NCBI GenBank assembly: GCA_002269645.1
Contig: NIVC01000172.1
Coordinates: 334,558 to 398,557 of the forward strand
Length of the DNA: 64,000 nucleotides
Direction: 5' to 3'
Source of the DNA: Macrostomum lignano
Lineage: Eukaryota
Below are positions 60,147 through 64,000 of the stretch, piece after piece; positions within the stretch are counted from its first letter, which is position 1; each line of letters opens with the position of its first letter. A model generated the notes under the pieces. The model was not told the DNA's origin, made no database searches, and worked only from the letters and a program-made list of their open reading frames with translations. The translations under genes were made by a program, and so were the position numbers.

Positions 60147-61893
60147 GACGTTGTACCTTTCAACACAAGGTCTATACGTAGACATCCTCGACAACAAAGA
60201 AGCAGAATTTCTCGCCACCTTACGAAGCCCATTAGAAGAAGCTACTCCAAAACCTCAAACTAGCGAAGAAACCACTTCTTCGAGACAAAAACGTCGTTCA
60301 CCACCAACGATACTACCAACGCCACCAACAATATTACCCGTTCAGCAATCGACGACTCAACATCCTTTCACTACGACAACTCAGTCACGACAATTCCTAC
60401 CGCCGCAACCTTTACGACAAGAGCGACCTGATCATCCACCGACGTCAAGCACTTCTACAACAATGACGCCAACAACTACGATACTAACTACTACAAAATC
60501 AACACCAACAACTACAATTTTGACAACGACAACACCACCGAGTACAACGACAACACCACCGACTACAACGACAACACCACCGACTACAACAACAACACCA
60601 CCGACTACAACGACAACACCACCGACTACAACGACAACACCACCGACTACAACGACAACACCACCGACTACAACGACAACACCACCGACTACAATGACAA
60701 CACCACCAGCTACGACGACAATGCCAGCGACTACAACGACAACAATACCTACCACAACCGTAACACCGACAACTTCAACAACCACAACTGCTACAACCTC
60801 AGCAGCAACAACGACAGCAGGTCAACTACGACGACAACAAAAGTGACGACACAACCTCGTACCACCACCACTTTACCGCCAACAACCTCAACCTCTAGCA
60901 GCACAACCAGTGCACCAGCAAAGTCTGCAACCTCAACCTTCACACAACTCACCAGCGACAACAACAATCCACAACTGGCTTCTATTCATACGAATCTAGC
61001 AGTTCCATCACGAACCACAAGGTAGTCAACCGGATCTCCTACTACTACCACGCAACAAGCGAAGCACAGATGACAAAACCATCGCAGCCCCTTCAGGCAA
61101 CTCTACTGCGCAACTTTCATCAACGTTCGCATCCGCTGAACTTCTTGCTGGACAACTACAAGGAGCTGCTAGTAAAGCTCGAAAAGATCTTCTCCAAGTA
61201 CAGAGGCAGCTGCAACTACTCAATGCATGATGTACGCAACTAATCTCAAGTACAATCGACAGTTATACTACACACAACCAACGCTCGCTGCTCGACTCTT
61301 ATTAAATGATCCTTTCTTGCGAGCTAGATCCATTGCTGGATACCTCTTCGTCTACCAGTGCAAACCCCTACATCAGTTCGCTTTGTCCAACCAAAGTACA
61401 AGACGAACCAATGCTTCACGCGCCCCCACTGGAATTCCGCCTACAAAATTATACTGTTCTTGGATTTTTGGACACAACGACTCGTATTGTCTCCACAGCT
61501 ACTCCAGCTCTAATCTCATGCGACGCCTTCCCATACTACTACCTGCCTAAACAATCGATGCTATTCAAGACCACACTAAATTTTTCGAGATTTGAACCCA
61601 CAACCGCTAATGTCAGATCCGATGAAAACTATCGGTTGTCCGATTTGCAAACTTCCGTCTCCGAGAGCATCTTCAAACCTATGGGAGACATCAATTATAC
61701 TTCACTTCGTAGCCCAATAACGGTGACCGACCTAATGCACCAGTTCATGCAAACTCGCGATTTTCTGATTACAGTTTTCAAACTTCCGAATCGAACACGA
61801 CACAGAACAGCACATGCTGACAGTGCATTCCTGGACTCAAAACTAGCTCTCTCAATCTATGGTCTTCGTCGATATTCAACTGGGATCGACTAG
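60076..61893 (+). pseudogene. Central env-like region broken by several frameshifts: mucin-like Thr/Pro tract, furin sites and a class III-like helix
   Basis: IGLTF...C...STQG; RQKR (60283); (TTTPP)n; RNKR (61051); LAGQLQ; TQPTLAARLLLNDPFLRARSIAGYLFVYQC; TNQCFTRP; ISCDAFPYYYL. Confidence 0.75.
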
Positions 61894-64000
61894 TCGCAAA
61901 CTATCAAGAAAAGTTCGTCTTAACAGCAGCTGTAATCGTCTACATTGCCGTTATTATCTTCGTGTGCAATCTTGGCCGACTCTGCGTCGCCAGCACCATC
62001 CGTTACGGCAGAACGCACACTATACAAGTGCTGCGGCAACAACGAACTCCAACTCGAGTGGAATCACGAAACGACTACTCCCAACAACAGCAACTGATAC
62101 CACCGAGACAAGCGCCAACACCTTCGGCACCCATCGAAACGATTGAACTTCGCGCCACCCTTCCGCCACCACGGAGACCACCACCAGAACCGAAAGTTCC
62201 AAAATGGCCAGCAAACTACTCATACGCCTTTGTTTTGAAGCACCTAACAACAGCAACAATGATCAACCTGTGGTGCCGCAACGCACCGCATACTCGACAC
62301 AGATGCACCGCCCTCATTGACAGCGGCGCCTCGATCTCCTGCATCTCACCGGCATTCGCCAAAAAGCTTCGAGTACCATTACAAGACACCAACATGAACG
62401 CCATTTGTGCAGGAGGACAACAACTAAACCTCAACAAAAAGGCTACTTTTGATCTCGAAATCGATGGACGCAACCACAAGATATCGGCCTTTGTGCTCGA
62501 CACCCCCGACGCTGACTATGATTTGCTCTTAGGAGTAGAAACCTTTAAGTCACTGGGAATACCACTACAATTCGACTACTCGAAAGCGACAGCTAAGCTT
62601 GGCAATGAGCAATTTGCGATGCTCAACTCCATCCAACAGTTGCAAGAAACCTCTGCGGTGATGCAAAACAAGCTAGAGTTACCACCACAGACAACGCACC
62701 AAGTCACGCTGAAACTCTCTTCTCGACATGAGCCAACGATTCCTGTCCTGTTCGTCCCTAAGGACCACACGATCCAGAAACACCAGTTGATGATACCAAC
62801 TTGCCTTGTTTCTGTCAACCCGGACGGACAAACTATCACTGTGGAAATTGCCAACCCGTCGCTGACAACGCAAACCTTGCATCCTCAACAAGTCATTGGA
62901 AATCTGGCTAACATGTCTGACTACAACATCGTGCGCCCAGCAGCTCAAATCAACAGTCTCCGCACGCTGCAACAAGAAGCACCTACGACTGACATGATCC
63001 GTACTCAACTCAAACAAGCCAACCAGCACCTCTCAACCGAGCAGAGTGAACAATTAGTTACTCTAATGAACAAGTACCGTGACGTCTTGGCACTACTGCC
63101 AACCGACATGGGTTGCTCTACCCAATACACGGCTCACCTGCATCTACACCCACACTCTGAGCCAGTCACGTCCAGACCCTATCCAATCGCTCATGGACTA
63201 CAAGAACGGTTTGATGAGCTCATCGAAAACTTCCGTCAAAAAGGAATCATCAGTCCGAGTGAATCGGAATACTCAAGTCCATGTCTTCTCGTGGAAAAGA
63301 AGACGCTCGACGCTCAAGGTCGCCGACAACTAAGACTCGTGACGGATTACCGAAAACTGAACAAGCTAATTCGTGCTCCTAGCATCCGACCTCCGAAGAT
63401 TCCGGATTTGCTACATCGATTGAAGAACGCTAAACTGTACACACTCTGTGACCTAGCAGATGCTTTCTACCAAGTTCGGATCGATCCAGAAAGCACAAAA
63501 TACACTGCGTTCATTGCACCCAACGGCCTACTTTGGGAATTCAATCGACTACCTCAAGGACTCAAGTCCAGTCCTAGCTTAATGTGCCGTCTTGTAGCAT
63601 TGTTAACAGCTGACTCTCCAAATCAGATTGCCTACTTGGATGACGTCATGCTCATCGCCGAAGACTTCACCGGCATGCTCAAAGAAATCGAACGCTTCTT
63701 CCAAAAGTTACGACATCATGGATTGCGAATTTCACTACGAAAATGCATCTTTGCTAAAACAGAGGTACAATATCTTGGATTTGTTGTTTCTGCTCAAGGC
63801 ATTAGACCAGCCCCAGCCTTATCGAGAAAATCAAACCTTTCCTGTGCCTCAACGGTTAAACAACTACAATCTTTCCTTGGACTTGCAAATTTCTACCGAA
63901 CGCACATTGCTGGCTACTCACGAGTAGTACAGCCACTTCTGAGTATTATCAAAAATACTTCAAAACCCAACAAATTCGTCTGGACGAACGCTGCGCAAAC
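61821..64000 (+). CDS. pol: Env TM helix, aspartic protease and RT in one open frame, running off the window edge
   Basis: Manual translation shows no stop: FVLTAAVIVYIAVIIFVC (61914-61967); ALIDSGASIS (62319); DLLLG; RPYPI; SPCLLVEKK; RLVTDYRKLN; FYQV; LPQGLKSSP; YLDD (63633); YLGF; SFLGLANFYR. Not in the ORF track because no stop lies inside the window. Confidence 0.92.

Noticed and set aside
60432-60785. Minus-strand (VVVVVGG)n ORF
   Set aside because: The antisense reading of the coding Thr/Pro repeat.

Overview
Eukaryotic, repeat-rich animal DNA. The intron-filling minisatellites and the repeat content suggest a free-living flatworm such as Macrostomum; this is an inference. Host genes: a complete 11-exon SF3B3/SAP130 gene (+, 5539-18207, about 1235 aa) and two convergent caspase-family genes (-). 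The first caspase gene (19445-21342) has an apparent degenerate second caspase-like domain. The second (27013 to at least 28421) has a divergent active-site region and a duplicated exon. Mobile elements: a PIF/Harbinger-ISL2EU transposase ORF that runs off the left edge and is missed by the ORF track; several MITEs, including a hAT MITE carrying a 28S rRNA fragment; a Tc1-like derivative; RTE-like and RNase H-bearing LINE copies; a solo LTR; and a very young CsRn1-type Ty3/Gypsy element nested in a hairpin-ended TIR element. Satellites and a composite macro-repeat fill much of 37-54 kb. The standout is at the right edge (about 54.5-64 kb): a Ty3/Gypsy-like element in the order gag - signal peptide - viral-type glycoprotein (with a furin-bracketed mucin domain and a TM helix) - protease - RT. 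Both junctions (gag/env and env/pol) are in frame without stops, which suggests one Gag-Env-Pol polyprotein with env between gag and pol.
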